NCBI GenBank assembly: GCA_963822965.1
Contig: CAWGJT010000010.1
Coordinates: 736,001-800,000 of the forward strand
Length of the DNA: 64,000 bases
Direction of reading: 5' to 3'
Source: an uncultured delta proteobacterium
GTDB taxonomy: Bacteria > Myxococcota_A > UBA9160 > UBA4427
The notes under the pieces: generated by a model
Seen by the model: only the letters and a program-made list of their open reading frames with translations
Databases searched by the model: none
What the model was told of the DNA's origin: nothing
Program-made: the position numbers and the translations under genes
Shown: piece after piece, positions 52,551 through 61,651 of the stretch
Layout of the letters: every line of letters starts with the position of its first letter
Numbering within the stretch: the first letter of the stretch is position 1

Positions 52551-52620
52551 CCGAGGCTCGAGCCCGAATCGGCTCGGAGGCCGAAGCCCGGGTCTACGCG
52601 GAGGCCGAAGCCCGGATCGC
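52551..52620. repeat. Degenerate 24-bp tandem repeat (3 copies) across the PEP-CTERM gene stop
   Basis: cggaggccgaagcccgg units. Confidence 0.6.
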
Positions 52621-53127
52621 GCGGCGGCGGGCGAGCAGCGAGAGCGTGGCGAGCGCCGTGAGCGCCAGCGCGGAGGCCTGGGGCTCCGGAAGCTGGAGCG
52701 TGTACTCCCCCGCCCCAAGGGCCCCCGGCGAGCAGTCGAACACGCTCTGACCCTGCACGTGACCGCACACGGCGAGCACGATCTCGCCGTTGTCGTCCGC
52801 CACCAGCTCCTGGAGCTCCAGGAAGCCCTCGAACGCGATGCTGTCCAGCAGGGTGCCATCGCTGGCGAACCAGCCGAGACCGAGCGATGTCAAGTCGAGG
52901 AGAGCGTCGTAGGTCTGCCCGGGCTCGAGACCGGTGAAGACGAAGAAGTCCACGTCGCTGCTGAAGCCGCCCGACCCGCTGCGCACGCCGCTGACCTGCG
53001 CCTCGCCCTGGACGACGTTGGCCGTACCGATGGTGTCGTTGGGCTCCTGCTCGCTGACGGCCAGAGCCGGAGCCGCGCTCCAGGCGACCGCCAACGACGC
53101 GAGCGCAAGGATCGCGCAGTGCCGCAT
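52594..53127 (-). CDS. PEP-CTERM-type sorted surface protein with PPC-like domain
   Basis: Signal peptide, EQEPND, DVDFF; C-terminal LPEP + TM + RRR. Confidence 0.85.
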   Translation of the reverse strand: MRHCAILALASLAVAWSAAPALAVSEQEPNDTIGTANVVQGEAQVSGVRSGSGGFSSDVDFFVFTGLEPGQTYDALLDLTSLGLGWFASDGTLLDSIAFEGFLELQELVADDNGEIVLAVCGHVQGQSVFDCSPGALGAGEYTLQLPEPQASALALTALATLSLLARRRAIRASASA

Positions 53128-53247
53128 GCCTCTCCCCCCCGAAAGAGTCTCGTGCAGCCGGCAGGCTAGCCCCGATCCGCCACGCGGGACAGGGCGCGAC
53201 CGCGGCTGCCGTCCGGATCGACGCGTCGGCTCGGCCCGGGGCCGAGG

Positions 53248-53652
53248 TCAGTGCTCGTCGCCGCCCTCGTCACGGACGCGCCCGCGCTCGAGTCGTTCGC
53301 GGACAGAGCGCTCGAGCGCCGCGTCGTGCCGGACGATGCCCAGGCATTCGGTGAGCACGGCGGACAGACTGCGATCCGTCGCGATCGCCAGGTCCTTCAG
53401 CCAGGCGTCGTCCGCGGCCGGGATGCGCACCTGGAGGGTGCGTCGCGGCCTCGGGCCCCGGGCGGCGGAGTCGACGGCGATCGGCCAGTGGCGGTCCACG
53501 TCGAGGTAGCGCTGGTACAGCTCGGGCGGCATCCCCTCGAAGCCGCCCTCGAAGTGGGCGAGCAGCTCCCGCTCGAGCCGGTCGAACTCGTCCTTCTCGT
53601 TGTGGCGGGCCGCATCAGCGAGGGCGGCGAGCAGGAGATCGACGGTGGCCAC
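53248..53652 (-). CDS. Hypothetical protein with possible C-terminal ribbon-helix-helix
   Basis: RTLQVRIPAADDAWLKDLAIATDRSLSAVL fits the RHH pattern. Confidence 0.5.
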   Translation of the reverse strand: MATVDLLLAALADAARHNEKDEFDRLERELLAHFEGGFEGMPPELYQRYLDVDRHWPIAVDSAARGPRPRRTLQVRIPAADDAWLKDLAIATDRSLSAVLTECLGIVRHDAALERSVRERLERGRVRDEGGDEH

Positions 53653-53670
53653 GGGCTGGGCTCATCGCCT

Positions 53671-54135
53671 TCAGTAGATCCCGCCGAGCTTGGTGTGATC
53701 CCAGCTCATCACCTTCTCGGGCGCCACCAGGATGGCGGTCTTCTTGGGAGCCATTCCGGCGGACACCTTGTCGAGCACGTCTTCGGCAATCTCGGGCGTA
53801 TTGCGGCGCAGCACGGCCATGTGCAGCTGGTGGACCTCCTCGACGCCGCGTACCAGCCGGGCGGTGGCGTTGATCGACACGCCCCGGAGCTCGTTGTAGA
53901 CGTCGCCGTCCTCGAACAGCAGGGCGATGCGGGGGTCGCGCGTGAGGTTCACCACCTTCTGCGACTTCGTGAAGGTCTCGAGCACGATGCGTCCGTCGAC
54001 GATCGCGAACCACAGCGTGGTGAGATGCGGCGAGCCGTCCTTGTTCAGCGTGGCCACCTGCACGCTCTTCTGGGTCTCGATGAACTTCCACATCTCCTCG
54101 TCGCTCATGGCGACGAGCTCTCGGCGCTTCGGCAA
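53671..54135 (-). CDS. Pyridoxamine 5'-phosphate oxidase-like (PPOX/FDOR) protein
   Basis: VATLNKDGSPHL, KSQKVVNLTRDPR, SWDHTKL; TTG after GGGAGG. Confidence 0.85.
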   Translation of the reverse strand: MPKRRELVAMSDEEMWKFIETQKSVQVATLNKDGSPHLTTLWFAIVDGRIVLETFTKSQKVVNLTRDPRIALLFEDGDVYNELRGVSINATARLVRGVEEVHQLHMAVLRRNTPEIAEDVLDKVSAGMAPKKTAILVAPEKVMSWDHTKLGGIY

Positions 54136-54342
54136 CGGCGACCTCCCGGCTGTGGCGTCCGCCCGCGGCGCTCCGCGACGTGCCTGCGGTGCTCCGCCTC
54201 CCCGGTGGAGCACCCCATCGGCGGGATGCTCGGGCGTCGGGCAACGGTAGCCCGGGGTTCGTCCGCGACCACGCACGGGGATGGCCCCCCCGCGGGCTTG
54301 TGGGGTAAGCTGCCTGCCCCGAGACGCCCTGGAGGACCGGCA

Positions 54343-54927
54343 TTGCGCGACGTCCAGCACCTCTCTCCCCGAGTCCCGCGAGCTGCGCGCCGACTCCTCG
54401 TCGCGGGCATCCTGGCGATCGGCTCGATGCAGCTTGCCGGGCCGATCCAGGCTTCGCCGGACTCGCTCCGGCTCGCCCTCGAGGACATGACCTTCGGCGC
54501 GGTCGACGTGGTGGCATCGCCCGTCACGGGTGGCGTCGCCACCGCGCGCAACCTGGACGCGGTCTCCGACAATGCGGTCGTGCAGGGGCTCTACGCGCTC
54601 CCGGGCTGGCTGGGGCTCACCATGCTGCAGGTCGGGCAGGGGGTGCTCCGCGTGGCCGTCGGCGCCGTGGAGGTGCTTCCGGGTCTGGCGCTCTTTCCGT
54701 TCGACACGGACATCCCCGAGGACTGGAACGTCTTCCGAAGCGGAGACCTGCTCGTCGACGCCCGCAACCCTCTGGGCGAGCATCCGGCCTGGCTGGCCTG
54801 GGTGCTTCCGCTCACCCCCGTGACCATCGACGCGCGCTTTGCCCCCGTGTCACCGTGGGCGGTGTACGTGCAGCCCGAGGACGACACCTTCAGCGGCCAG
54901 CCCGCCGCCATGGCGGTGGCGCCGTGA
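54343..54927 (+). CDS. Exported hypothetical protein
   Basis: GGAGG RBS + TTG; signal-like segment ending IQA; GTGA overlap with the next gene. Confidence 0.55.
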   Translation: MRDVQHLSPRVPRAARRLLVAGILAIGSMQLAGPIQASPDSLRLALEDMTFGAVDVVASPVTGGVATARNLDAVSDNAVVQGLYALPGWLGLTMLQVGQGVLRVAVGAVEVLPGLALFPFDTDIPEDWNVFRSGDLLVDARNPLGEHPAWLAWVLPLTPVTIDARFAPVSPWAVYVQPEDDTFSGQPAAMAVAP

Positions 54928-55208
54928 CGCAGGCGGGCTCCCGCTCGCGCTTCGCGGTGGGCGATCGCGTTCGGATCGTCACCGGGGACAGCGACTACAC
55001 GGGCTGTCGCGGGACGGTCGCGGCGCCCCCCGCCCGGGTGCCCGTGAGCGAGGACGGCGAGCCGCTCGGCTACTACGTCGCCATCGACGGCGAGAACGGG
55101 CGGGTGCGACCCTTTCTGACGCTCGAGCTGGAGCGCCTGCGACCCGCGCGAGTCCGCCCGCAACCGCCTGTCGAGGACAGTCGTCGAGGGGGAAGGGGGC
55201 TGCCTTGA
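54924..55208 (+). CDS. Small KOW/SH3-like protein
   Basis: FAVGDRVRIVTGDSDYTGCRGTV; overlaps both neighbours by 4 nt. Confidence 0.55.
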   Translation: MTQAGSRSRFAVGDRVRIVTGDSDYTGCRGTVAAPPARVPVSEDGEPLGYYVAIDGENGRVRPFLTLELERLRPARVRPQPPVEDSRRGGRGLP

Positions 55209-55732
55209 CCTGGCTCTCGCAGACCGCTCCGGGCGACACCGCGTTCGATCGGGCGTTCGGTCTGTGTCCCGACCTCTATCGGCGCTACATCGACTTCCAG
55301 GCACTCTTCTGGCAGCGTCATCTGGTCGACCCGGTGATCCTCGAGCTGTGCCGGCTGTACGTCGCCGAGCTGCTCGGCTGCGCGTCCGAGCGGAGGATCC
55401 GCTACCAGGAGGCGATCGACGCGGGATTCGACGAGCGCAAGGCCCGGGCCCTCGACGGGTGGCAGCGGGCAGAAGGCTTCGACGAGCGCGAGCGCGCCTG
55501 TCTCCGCTTCACCGAGCTCTTCGTGCTCGACCCCCATGCCATCTCCGACGACGACGCGATCGCCGTGCGGCGCGCGCTCGGTACCCGGGCGACCGTGGCC
55601 CTGACCGAGGCGCTCGCGCTCTTCGACGGCTTCATGCGCTTCCGGCTGCTGCTGGGGGACGCGGCGGAGGCCGAGGTCGGCGAGCCCGTGATCGTGCCCG
55701 CGCCGCGGGTCGGCGCCCGGAGCGTGGCATGA
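55205..55732 (+). CDS. CMD/AhpD-like protein
   Basis: VDPVILELCRL...LGC, ERERACLRFTE. Confidence 0.75.
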   Translation: MTWLSQTAPGDTAFDRAFGLCPDLYRRYIDFQALFWQRHLVDPVILELCRLYVAELLGCASERRIRYQEAIDAGFDERKARALDGWQRAEGFDERERACLRFTELFVLDPHAISDDDAIAVRRALGTRATVALTEALALFDGFMRFRLLLGDAAEAEVGEPVIVPAPRVGARSVA

Positions 55733-56268
55733 CCCAGGCCCGCATCCCGCTTCCCGAGACGGATTCGCCGGATCTCGTGGCGCGAAGCGCCCTCGGTCAC
55801 CAGCCGGAGACCCTCGCCGCCTTCCAGGCGACGTATGCCCAGCTGTGGAGCCGAGGCGTCGTCGATCCCGCGCTGAAGGAGCTGGCCCGCCTGCGCAACG
55901 CGCGGGTGACCGGCTGCAACATCTGCCGGAATCTCCGCTTCGCGGTGGCCGAGCAGGCCCTGGTGCCCGAGGACGAGGTCGAGCAGATCCGCGACGGCCA
56001 TGCGGAGAGCGCGCTCTCGTCCGCCCAGAAGGCGGTGCTCGCCTGGGCGGACCTGTTCCTGGGGCTGCCGGGAGGTCTCCCCGAGCCCGGCGAGGCGCCG
56101 GTCGAGGCCGCCGAGCTGGAGAAGCACTTCGACCCGGCGCAGATCGTCGAGCTCACGGCCACCCTGGCCCTGTGTATGGGCTTCTCGAAGATCGCGGTCG
56201 CGCTGGGCCCGATCCCCGACCAGATGCCGACCCTGCTGTCGCCCATGCCCGGTAGCGAGGAGGCCTGA
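55729..56268 (+). CDS. CMD/AhpD-like protein with CxxC
   Basis: LKELARLRNARVTGCNIC, HFDPAQIVEL. Confidence 0.82.
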   Translation: MTQARIPLPETDSPDLVARSALGHQPETLAAFQATYAQLWSRGVVDPALKELARLRNARVTGCNICRNLRFAVAEQALVPEDEVEQIRDGHAESALSSAQKAVLAWADLFLGLPGGLPEPGEAPVEAAELEKHFDPAQIVELTATLALCMGFSKIAVALGPIPDQMPTLLSPMPGSEEA

Positions 56269-56275
56269 TCGGAGC

Positions 56276-56361
56276 TTCGCCGCCCTCGAAGCCCGTTTTC
56301 GCCGCCCTCGAAGCCCGTTTTCGCCGCCCTCGAAGCCCGTTTTCGCCGCCCTCGAAGCCCG
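56276..56361. repeat. Perfect 22-bp tandem repeat, ~3.9 copies (TTCGCCGCCCTCGAAGCCCGTT)
   Basis: Directly visible; intergenic, upstream of the helicase. Confidence 0.92.
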
Positions 56362-56460
56362 ACTCCGCCCCTGTCCCTGCCCGCGACCGCAGCTCGGCCC
56401 TTTCGTGCCGGGGTGGTAATCTTTCGAACCCGCCGGGTTCCGGGCGGGTGGGGGGTGGGC

Positions 56461-58572
56461 TTGTCGGATACCGAGGGAGGTTCGCCGCTCGATCCGGTCG
56501 TCGCGGACGAGGTCGGCCTGCTCGAGCGGGTGTCCGCTCGCCTGCTGCAGCTGCCCGAGCCGCGCACCGCCTCCGAGCAGCCGATCGTCCAGGAGCTCGA
56601 GCGGCTACGCGCCGTGATGCTCTCGGGCGACGAGCACAAAGACCTGTCGGCGCTCACCGAGCAGTGGCACCACCAGAGCTCGATCCTGCGCCAGCTGCGG
56701 AATGCGGCGGTGGTTCCCAAGGTGGATCCGGGCTCGCCGTACTTCGCGCACCTGCGACTCCGGGAAGACGGACAGGAGCGCGACCTGTGCCTCGGCAAGG
56801 CCACCTGCATCGAGCGGGGCGTGCGCATCGTCGATTGGCGGGACGCGCCGATCAGTCGGATCTTCTACAGCTACCGCCAGGGCGAGGAGTACGACGAGGA
56901 GATCGCCGGCCGCGATCGCGTGGGCGAGGTAGTGGTGCGCCGCATGGTGCGCATCCGGAACGGCGTCCTCGACCGCGTGCAGGCGCCCGAGGGTGACTTC
57001 CACGCGGATCCCGCGGCGCCGGGGGGATGGCGGCGCGAGCAGAGCACGCCCGCACGACTCTCGGGGGGCGAGTCGGCCGCGCTGCGGGCCTGGAGCGCCG
57101 GCGAGGGCCACGCCCGGCGTCTCGGAAGCGATCACCACGGCCTGCCTCACCGGGTCGACAAGCGTCTCCCCGAGATCACGGGGCTGATCGATCCCGAGCA
57201 GTTCGACCTCATCACGCGGCCTTCCGAGGGCTTCCTCGTGATCCGCGGGACCGCGGGCTCGGGCAAGACGACCGTCGCGCTGCACCGCATCGCGTACCTG
57301 GCCTACGACGACGCCTCGATGGACAGCGAGCACACCCTGGTCATCGTCTTCTCGCCCGCGCTCCGCAACTACGTCGCCCACGTGCTTCCCTCTCTGGGGC
57401 TCGAGAACGTCCGCATCGTGACCTATCGCGAGTGGGCCGCCGAGGAGCGCCGGCGTCACTTCCCGAAGCTTCCGGTCCGTCAGCGCGAGGACACGCCCGG
57501 CCTGGTCGTCCGGATGAAGCTGCACCCGTTCCTGTCGACGGCCCTGACCCAGCAGGTCGAGCGTGTTCCCGGGCCGGCCACGGCCGAGCAGGCCCTCGAC
57601 GACTGGGCCAGCGTGCTCACCCAGCGCCCGCTGTTGGAATCGGTGAGCGCCGAGAAGGCGCCCGGCGCCTTCTCCGAGCAGGAGCTCGACCGGTTCGTCG
57701 ACTACAACCGTCGCCGCGTCGACGAGCTCTTCGCGGCTCTCGCCGGCGACTCCCACGTGCCCTTCGAGCTCGACTCGGAAGACGACGCCCTGCTGCTGCG
57801 AGCCTGGCAGCTGCGCGTGGGCCCGCTTCAGGACCGGGGCCGGCGCCCGCTGCGCTTCCGCCACGTGGTGATCGACGAGGTCCAGGACTTCTCGCCCCTC
57901 GAGGTGCAGGTGCTGCTCGACTGCATGGAGCCCGGTGCCGGGATCACCCTGGCCGGCGACACCCAGCAGCACGTGATGCAGCACAGCGGCTTCACGTCCT
58001 GGCAGGAGTTCTTCGGCCACCTGGGCGTGAAGGGCACCGAGGTGGAGACCCTCAAGGTCTCCTATCGGTCGTCGGAGGAGATCGTGCGCTTCGCGCACTC
58101 GGTCCTGGGCGACCTCAGCGAGGAGGACGAGCCCCCGCAGACCACCCGCCAGGGTCCGCCGGTGGAGCTCTTCACGTTCGCCGACGCCGGCGCGTGCGTG
58201 GTCTTCCTGGCCGACGTGCTACGGGACCTCGCCGAGCACGAGCGCCTGGCGTCGGTGGCGTTGCTGGCGCCCACACCGGAGATCGCGGACGCCTACTACC
58301 AGGGCCTCGTTCGGAGCGATCTGCCCCGGCTGCGGCGCGTGGCCGACCAGGACTTCACGTTCACGGCGGGAATCGAGGTGACCGACGTCGCCCAGGTCAA
58401 GGGCCTCGAGTTCGACTACGTGGTGCTGCTCGACGTGGACGCCCACAGCTATCCGGATAGCGCGGCGGCCCGGCGTCTGCTGCACGTGGGCGCGACGCGG
58501 GCCATCCATCAGCTGTGGGTGACGGCGGTGAATCGCCCGTCGCCCCTGGTTGCGGATCTCCGGACGCGATAG
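56461..58572 (+). CDS. SF1 helicase-like ATPase, HelD/HelR-like (alternative start 56413)
   Basis: PYFAHL, IVDWRDAPIS, GTAGSGKTTVALHRIAYL, IDEVQD, AGDTQQ, SYRS, KGLEFD, TRA. Confidence 0.85.
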   Translation: MSDTEGGSPLDPVVADEVGLLERVSARLLQLPEPRTASEQPIVQELERLRAVMLSGDEHKDLSALTEQWHHQSSILRQLRNAAVVPKVDPGSPYFAHLRLREDGQERDLCLGKATCIERGVRIVDWRDAPISRIFYSYRQGEEYDEEIAGRDRVGEVVVRRMVRIRNGVLDRVQAPEGDFHADPAAPGGWRREQSTPARLSGGESAALRAWSAGEGHARRLGSDHHGLPHRVDKRLPEITGLIDPEQFDLITRPSEGFLVIRGTAGSGKTTVALHRIAYLAYDDASMDSEHTLVIVFSPALRNYVAHVLPSLGLENVRIVTYREWAAEERRRHFPKLPVRQREDTPGLVVRMKLHPFLSTALTQQVERVPGPATAEQALDDWASVLTQRPLLESVSAEKAPGAFSEQELDRFVDYNRRRVDELFAALAGDSHVPFELDSEDDALLLRAWQLRVGPLQDRGRRPLRFRHVVIDEVQDFSPLEVQVLLDCMEPGAGITLAGDTQQHVMQHSGFTSWQEFFGHLGVKGTEVETLKVSYRSSEEIVRFAHSVLGDLSEEDEPPQTTRQGPPVELFTFADAGACVVFLADVLRDLAEHERLASVALLAPTPEIADAYYQGLVRSDLPRLRRVADQDFTFTAGIEVTDVAQVKGLEFDYVVLLDVDAHSYPDSAAARRLLHVGATRAIHQLWVTAVNRPSPLVADLRTR

Positions 58573-58592
58573 CCCCGCGCGAGCGCGACGGA

Positions 58593-59316
58593 TCAGGCTG
58601 GCGCAGCCGTTCGAGGGCGGCCGGTGAGACCGGTCAGCAACCGGCGCCCCAGCGTGGGCTTGTTCAGCACCACGATGAAGACCTTGCGGTAGCGGCCCTC
58701 CGGACAGTGGATCTCCTTCACGCCGTGCCAGGAGTCGCCCCGGCGCGTGAAGATGAAGCTGCGGTTGCCCATGGCTTCCGCGTGGATCTCGCGGTCGAAG
58801 TCGTCGAACTCCGGAGCCGAGTTGCGCGAGAAACGTCCGCCGTCGTCGAGCACGATCGTCTCGCCGCCCCAGCTCGCGTCCCAGTCCTCTTCCGTGTTCA
58901 GGTAGAAGATGTGCGAGCCCAGCTTCCGCTTGGCGTCGCAGTGGGGCGAGACCGAGTTGCCGTTGGTGGCCCAGTGCCAGTGGAAGCGGAGCTCGAGAGC
59001 CGGCACGCCCACGAGCCGACAGAGCAGGTCGACGTAGGGGCCCGTCGCGCAGCTCGTCGATGAACTCCTGCCAGGGAGCGGGCAGGGGCAGGCCGTCCTC
59101 GTACTCGAGCGCGTAGCGGTCGTGGGGCTTCTGGCCATGGGCCCGCTTCTTGCCGTGCACCTGCTCGAAGAGGTCCATCGGGGGCAGATTCTCGACGAGC
59201 TTGCGGAACGCCTCCTCGTGGAGCAGGCCCTCGGGATTCACGAACGGGTACGGATCGCGCGTCTGGTACGCGATGGGATCGAGGGCCGCGAATCGTTCGA
59301 GGTCGAGATAGCTCAC
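58593..59316 (-). CDS. 2OG-Fe(II) oxygenase (frameshift near 59040)
   Basis: PHCD (HxD), WGGET, SWHGV, YRKVF. Confidence 0.75.
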
Positions 59317-59397
59317 GAGGTGGGACCGTAGCGAAGGCGACGGTCGGCTTCCGCTCCTCGTGCCGGCCGCCCGCCGCGGGGGCTCCCGCGACGCGGC

Positions 59398-60964
59398 TCA
59401 CGGGGACGACGGGTCGCGCAGGGCACGGCAGTCGAGTGCCTCGGTGGTGCCGACGAGGCGCCGGCGCCACCAGTCCCCGGTCTCGGCCCGCTCCTCCGGT
59501 GTGGTGAAGTGGTACTCCCAGTAGGCCACGCGGACGGCCACGGGTCGGGGGTCGAGGGGCGCCGGAAACAGGGGGGCCACCGTCGCGGGCTCCACGCAGA
59601 GCCGCTCGAGCAGGGTCAGGAGGTAGTCGGGCAGGCCCCCGCGGTAGCGCAGGCCGTGGAACCAGAGCAGGAAGTCGACCCGGGGCTGGTGGGGCGCGAC
59701 GAAGCGCGGCGCCTCCCCGGTCGGTCCCGGCTTGTAGCGGAACGCATGGGCCTGCCAGCGCGTTCCGTCGAAGGTCTGGATCTCGGGCTCGATGCGCTCC
59801 CGGGTGATGGAGCCGAAGAGGTGGTAGGCGTTCGCCACGCGGAAGACCTGGTAGCTGGCGAGCCAGCGCGCCGCCGCGGTCGACGAGGGCGCCGTTCGGA
59901 CCGAAGTGGACGATCGCCGTGACCAGCGAGGCGCCGATCCAGAGCGCGGCCAGCGAGGCGCACGTCCAACGGACGAGCGGACGCATGCGTTCGGGGGCTC
60001 GCAGCGAGCGCAGAATGGCCGCGGCGCGCTGGAGGATGGCCGGGTGTGCCGGCCATCGCGGCACCCCCCGTGAGCCCAGCCGCGAGAGGTCGGCGTCGTC
60101 CAGCAGGAAGACGTGGAGGGCCAGGGCCAGGTAGACGAAGAACCCGTAGTTCGCCGTACCGAGGTTCAGGAGCTGAAAGGCCGTGAAGGCCGCGAGCGCG
60201 GCGAGACGGGCGGGGCGGGGACCCAGGATGAGCCAGGCGCCGAAGAGCTCGAGGCAGAGGGCGCCCCAGCTCTCGAGCCGATGCCAGGCCGGGGGCAGCT
60301 GGTGGGCGTACCAGGCCGGCCAGGCGGGCAGCGGCGCCGTCTCGTAGTAGAAGCGCATCGCACTGCCGTCCCACCAGTCGCCCAGGGCCGACTGGGCCTT
60401 GGCCAGACCCGACTCGAAGTAGAGCTTGAAGAGCAGCAGTCGCAGCATCCAGTGGCAGCCGGGAGCGGCGCGCCGCCGCGGCAGGAAGGCGGCGAGCACG
60501 AAGCACTCGACGAGCAGGTTGTCCCACTGGAAAGACAGGAAGTCGCGTCCCGCCACCGTGTAGCCCAGGTAGAGGGGCGCCGAGAGCGCGAAGCAGAGCC
60601 GGGGCCAGACGCCGAGCGTGGCCAGGAGCGCCAGCACGGCGCCGACCGCGATCCCCGCGTGCAGCATGGCATCGCTCGGATCGAGCAGCAGGAAGCTCGG
60701 GAAGTCGGTCCACACCCTCCGGTCCAGGGCCTCGAGGCGCTGGACCAGGGGGGCGAGGGGCAGCAGCCCGTGGCTCCCGATCAGCACGTCGATCTGGACG
60801 CCCAGGGAGATCCAGGCGTCCAGGGCACACAGCCCGAGCAGGGTGTGGAAGAGCCGGGCGACCCGCGGCCCCGAGCCGCCCCGGAGCCAACGGGTGATGG
60901 CACCGGGGTCCGGGCGGGGGGGGGTGCCCGCGCGCCCCGCGTCGTCAGCCGCTCGCGAGCGCAC
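59398..60964 (-). CDS. Lipase maturation factor (LMF1) family membrane protein (frameshift near 59860; start uncertain)
   Basis: FLSFQWDNLLVE, FESGLAK, YETAPLP, TANYGFF, FRYKPG, APHQPRVDF. Confidence 0.88.
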
Positions 60965-61541
60965 GCTCGAGGAAGAAGAGGTGGTCGGCGCCGAAGAACA
61001 TTTCGTCGCCCAGGAAGATCGTCGGGGCGCCGAAGGCGCCGCGCGCGACGGCCTCGTCCGTGTTGGCGCGCAGGCCCTGCTTGACCGCGTCGCTCTCTCG
61101 CAGGCCCGCGAGCTTCGGGGGGTCGAGGTCCGCGCGGGCCAGCAGATCGTCCAGGACAAGGGCGTCGCCGAGATCGAGACCCTCGACCCAGAACGCCGGA
61201 TACACCACCGCGTGGAAGCGATCGAAGACGCCGTCCTGCTGCGCGGCGATCGCCGTGCGCATCAGCATCAGGGTGTTGATCGGAAAGTGGGGGTTGAAGA
61301 CGAACGGCGCTCCGTAGACCCGGGCGGCCCGGCGCAACGCCGTGGTGCCGTAGCTGCGCTTGGGCTCCACGGGCTCGAAGGCGGGGGACCGGTTTCCCGT
61401 CGCCTTGAAGACCCCGCCCAGCAGCATCGGCCGATAGGCGATCTCGGCTCCGCCCCGGGCCGCGATCTCGGGCAGCCGGTGGTTCGCGAGGTAGCTGTAG
61501 GGGCTGCCGTAGTCGAAGAAGAACTCGAGGATGCGGGCCAT
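60945..61541 (-). CDS. 2-hydroxychromene-2-carboxylate isomerase / GST-kappa (DsbA-like) protein
   Basis: FFFDYGSPYSYL, PMLLGGVFK, GAFGAPT, FFGADH. Confidence 0.9.
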   Translation of the reverse strand: MARILEFFFDYGSPYSYLANHRLPEIAARGGAEIAYRPMLLGGVFKATGNRSPAFEPVEPKRSYGTTALRRAARVYGAPFVFNPHFPINTLMLMRTAIAAQQDGVFDRFHAVVYPAFWVEGLDLGDALVLDDLLARADLDPPKLAGLRESDAVKQGLRANTDEAVARGAFGAPTIFLGDEMFFGADHLFFLERALASG

Positions 61542-61651
61542 GGGACTCCGTACAAGGGGAAGCCTCGGTCCGCTGAGTCTACCGGAGCGCGTCCTTCGCG
61601 CGCGGGGCGCTCCCTCCGCCCGGCGGTCGCCAGTCGCTACCGTCCCGGGTC

